A stretch of 63,382 bases of DNA, filler included, from an uncultured bacterium (lineage in GTDB: Bacteria; CAZSTA01): NCBI GenBank assembly GCA_964609495.1. It is 23 parts of 23 records of this genome, joined end to end, with 100 filler letters (N's around TTAATTAATTAA, not from the genome) between each part and the next. Parts side by side here need not be neighbours in the genome. Positions count along the whole stretch, not along the records: positions 60,924 to 63,382 come from CAZSTA010000311.1; 22 more parts are not named here. The stretch is one strand, 5' to 3'. This document shows positions 62,840 to 63,382 of the stretch, in pieces. A program made the translations under genes and the position numbers. The notes under the pieces are model-generated. The model saw only the letters and a list, made by a program, of their open reading frames with translations. It did not search any database and had not been told where the DNA came from. The first letter of the stretch is position 1; every line of letters starts with the position of its first letter.

Positions 62840-63364
62840 ATGGGACTTGAGGGGAAGAAGATAGCGATCCTTGCCGCTGACGATTACGAGGATCTGGAGT
62901 TATTATATCCTCTACTTCGTCTCAAGGAAGAAGGGGCGGAGGTAGTAGTTGTAGGTGTAACTGGAGGACCTGATACCTGTATGAGCAAGCATGGTTATCC
63001 AGCGGAGGTTGATCTTAGCGCTGATAAGGCTAATGCCGATGAGTTCGATGGCGTAATTTCGCCCGGAGGATGGGCTCCTGATCGCCTGAGGAGAGACTCA
63101 AACGTCCTAGCTTTTGTCAAGAAGCTCTCCGAAGGGAACAAGGTCGTCGCGGCTATCTGCCACGGAGGTTGGGTATTGGCTTCGGCTGATATCATCAAGG
63201 GGCGAAAAACTACCTCGTTCTCAGCAATCAAAGATGATATGGCTAACGCTGGTGCTACCTGGGTCGATGAGGAGGTAGTTAAAGACGGGAAAATAATTAC
63301 CTCTCGGATACCTAGCGATCTACCAGCCTTCTTAAAAGAGATCTTAGCCTCGTTAAAGGAGTAG
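62840..63364 (+). CDS. pfpI: PfpI/DJ-1 family protein
   Basis: YEDLEL.YP, PGGWAPD.LR, AICHG, ITSR.P.DL; start after AGGAGG. Confidence 0.93.
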   Translation: MGLEGKKIAILAADDYEDLELLYPLLRLKEEGAEVVVVGVTGGPDTCMSKHGYPAEVDLSADKANADEFDGVISPGGWAPDRLRRDSNVLAFVKKLSEGNKVVAAICHGGWVLASADIIKGRKTTSFSAIKDDMANAGATWVDEEVVKDGKIITSRIPSDLPAFLKEILASLKE

Positions 63365-63382
63365 AACGTTATATAAACATAG

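Overview
This window is not one continuous locus. It is about 23 short contigs (~2.4-3.0 kb, in decreasing length order) from a fragmented bacterial assembly, joined by artificial 100-nt spacers (N44-TTAATTAATTAA-N44), so gene neighbourhoods are only meaningful within a contig. Content: the 5' third of an unusually divergent 16S rRNA gene with four stacked promoters; three tRNAs (Arg-CCG, Pro-CGG, partial Pro-GGG); housekeeping genes (pyk, deoC, argS, recF, yaaA, rarA, pstB-phoR-phoB, a tRNA nucleotidyltransferase); carbohydrate and metallohydrolase genes; three URO-D/MtaA-family paralogues; signalling genes; surface proteins; and REP-like and MITE-like repeats. Most notable observations: (1) an array of mini-cassettes at tRNA-Pro, delimited by copies of the tRNA 3' end and carrying antitoxins whose toxins are broken or absent; (2) a DnaG primase fused to RecQ-type HRDC and RQC domains; (3) a DUF488 gene coupled to an uncharacterised protein with a QLSLF clamp-binding motif, next to rarA; (4) compensatory 16S helix-5 changes that create a 3'-terminal mismatch to primers 338F/341F; (5) a TM-NTPase-TPR protein and a Schlafen/AlbA_2 protein as defence candidates; (6) two distant contigs that appear to join into a Thr-sulfatase / DUF3604 / flippase operon. 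All family calls come from motif recognition by eye; no database searches were run.
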